The position numbers and the translations under genes were made by a program. The notes below the pieces were generated by a model. That model was not told where the DNA came from. It was given only the letters and a program-made list of their open reading frames with translations, and ran no database searches. Positions 62,178-64,000 of a stretch of DNA of 64,000 bases are shown here, in pieces. The DNA lies in the IMG/VR virus record IMGVR_UViG_3300042090_002000, positions 13,725 to 77,724 of that record; one strand, written 5' to 3'. Within the stretch, counting starts at the first letter, position 1. Each line of letters begins with the position of its first letter. This DNA comes from a virus.

Positions 62178-62600
62178 ATGGGACTCAAAAAATACTGTCC
62201 GGCATGTGACACTGAAAAATCGGTCAAATTGTTTAGTCGGGCATCGGTGCGAAGCGACGGGTTGTCTGGCTGGTGTAAAAAGTGCATGCAGGAAAAAGCT
62301 GTAAAATATTTAGCCAATAAACGAAAAAGGAGTCGGGAATACCGCGCCTGCATTCGGCTCGAAGTTCTCACACACTATAGCGGTGGGGTACCGAAATGCC
62401 AGTGCTGCGGTATTGAGTTTTTGGAGTTTTTATCTCTCGATCACATCTATGGGGGAGGCACGAAACAGAGGAAACGTGTTGGGGCTCACATCTATATCTG
62501 GGTTAAGAAAAACAACTGGCCAGATGGCTTTCGGGTGCTGTGTTGTAACTGTAATCAATCTCTAGGTGCGTACGGATACTGTCCACATGCCAATCTTTGA
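62178..62600 (+). CDS. HNH-like nuclease, probably leaderless from promoter TTGACT(62142)-17-TATATT
   Basis: CQCCG...LSLDHI.GGG...GFRVLCCNCN. Confidence 0.75.
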   Translation: MGLKKYCPACDTEKSVKLFSRASVRSDGLSGWCKKCMQEKAVKYLANKRKRSREYRACIRLEVLTHYSGGVPKCQCCGIEFLEFLSLDHIYGGGTKQRKRVGAHIYIWVKKNNWPDGFRVLCCNCNQSLGAYGYCPHANL

Positions 62601-64000
62601 TGAGGATCAACAAAGGGTTATCGACGATGAGGGTGGAGCGCGAAGCGTGCTTAGTGGACCGGGGTCGGGTAAAACTACGACCATGGTTGGATTCGTCAAT
62701 CGACTGATTGAGCGCGGCGTACCAGCTTCGACGATTCGCGCGGTGACGTTCTCGAAAGAGATGGCGACCACGCTGGAGAAACGCATTCGCATTCCCGGGG
62801 TCGTGTCCACTTTTCACAGTCTTGGATATTTGATCTCATCCGAAGTGGAGCGCAAGCCCGTGGAGCCTGAACTTCGGTTGCGTCTGATGTTTCGGCTATG
62901 CAAAACTTACAATCTGGAGTACAAGGCTCTCGACGGGTTCATCGCGAAGATGCGCCGCTCGAATATCTCCCCGGAAGATGCCATGCACGGCATCAACGAT
63001 TTTGATTGGGGCGCTACACGCGCATACGCGGAGTATGAGATCACACGCGCTCGCGAGGGCTGGATGGACTTCGACTCCATGCTGGCCGACGCGGTCGTGA
63101 TGTTAGAGAAAAAAGATGTCCGGCGACGCTGGCAGTATCGGTACCTGATCGTCGACGAGGCACAGGACACCGACGATTGCCAATGGCGCATGATGCAGTT
63201 AATGTCAGAACAGTATGGCAACATCACCGTGGTCGGCGATCCGAATCAGGCGATCTACGGATTCCGGGGAGCACAGCCGGAAAACTTGACGAACTTCCAA
63301 AAGTGGTTTCCCGCCGGGCGCTATTTCTATCTGGGCCGGAATTACCGCAGCGCGCGCCACATCGTTCGGTTTGTGCGCGAGAACGCACCACCGGACACAC
63401 CAAAAGAACTGTTGGATCGGATGCAGCCTGCGCGAACTGAGTTCGGCGAACGCATCGCCATGAAAATGTATTGGACACCCGAAGAGGAAGCCGAATCGGC
63501 GCTCACACTCGCCCAGAAAGACCCATTAAACAGTGTTATCCTTGCCCGTACGAATAGCATGGTAGGTCTGCTGGAGCGCATTTGCCAAGATCACCGGGTT
63601 CGGTATCACCTGTTGGGGAAAACAGGGTTTTGGAAACAAACCGAAATTCGCAAAGCGGTAGATGAGTTGAAGAACTTTCCGACATCTGCAACCGAAGCGG
63701 CGATGAATATGGTGTTACCCGGTTTGAAGAAAAAATACGCTGTCGACAATCGGACAGAGCGGGACAATGATGCGCTGCAAAATTTGGAGACGTTGCAGAA
63801 TATTGCGATTTCGCGCGGATTCAAAATGGTGCGGGAGTTTGTAGTCTACGCCAACAAAATGATCCATCGGCGCAACGATCCGAATGGGGTGACGATCTCG
63901 ACGGTCCACCAATCCAAGGGCGGCGAGTGGAAGAACGTCTATCTGATCGGTGCGAATGCGAAGAGTTTCCCGCACCCGAAAGGCGACCTGAAGGAAGAAA
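62587..64000 (+). CDS. UvrD/Rep superfamily 1 helicase (runs off the window end; absent from the ORF track)
   Basis: Hand translation gives GPGSGKT, TFHS, LIVDEAQD, VGDPNQAIYGFRGA, NYRS and STVHQSKGGEW. Confidence 0.9.
   Translation, partial: MPIFDEDQQRVIDDEGGARSVLSGPGSGKTTTMVGFVNRLIERGVPASTIRAVTFSKEMATTLEKRIRIPGVVSTFHSLGYLISSEVERKPVEPELRLRLMFRLCKTYNLEYKALDGFIAKMRRSNISPEDAMHGINDFDWGATRAYAEYEITRAREGWMDFDSMLADAVVMLEKKDVRRRWQYRYLIVDEAQDTDDCQWRMMQLMSEQYGNITVVGDPNQAIYGFRGAQPENLTNFQKWFPAGRYFYLGRNYRSARHIVRFVRENAPPDTPKELLDRMQPARTEFGERIAMKMYWTPEEEAESALTLAQKDPLNSVILARTNSMVGLLERICQDHRVRYHLLGKTGFWKQTEIRKAVDELKNFPTSATEAAMNMVLPGLKKKYAVDNRTERDNDALQNLETLQNIAISRGFKMVREFVVYANKMIHRRNDPNGVTISTVHQSKGGEWKNVYLIGANAKSFPHPKGDLKEE

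Noticed and set aside
1-64000. Stop-codon reassignment
   Set aside because: Core genes are intact in the standard code, all three stops are used, and neither canonical tRNA is a suppressor.

Overview
This is a 64-kb segment of a tailed dsDNA bacteriophage genome. No host can be assigned with confidence. It contains a head and packaging module (TerS, TerL, portal, scaffold, N4-gp56-type major capsid), internal virion proteins, lysis candidates, phage GroEL and GroES, and a minus-strand early-gene block at 17.5-22.3 kb. The replication and recombination module has RecA, a family A DNA polymerase, ERF, SSB, a UvrD helicase and nucleotide-pool enzymes. About 15 free-standing HNH/EndoVII/GIY-YIG nucleases are scattered through the window. 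The most unusual content is in RNA and regulation: (1) a circularly permuted two-piece tmRNA gene with an extra double-hairpin kissing-loop 5' domain; (2) a protein fusing sigma70 region-4-like HTH domains to a complete NusG (NGN+KOW); (3) two recurring promoter classes, a GACTT-N9/10-AARTAG motif before late genes and an RGTAC-N4-GTACY box one base upstream of sigma70 -35 elements; (4) a tRNA cluster with two canonical tRNAs, two aberrant CCA-ended tRNA-like RNAs and a transposase-less IS1595-like cassette; (5) a capsid gene that appears to start at AUU. All protein calls come from motif recognition by eye, with no database searches.
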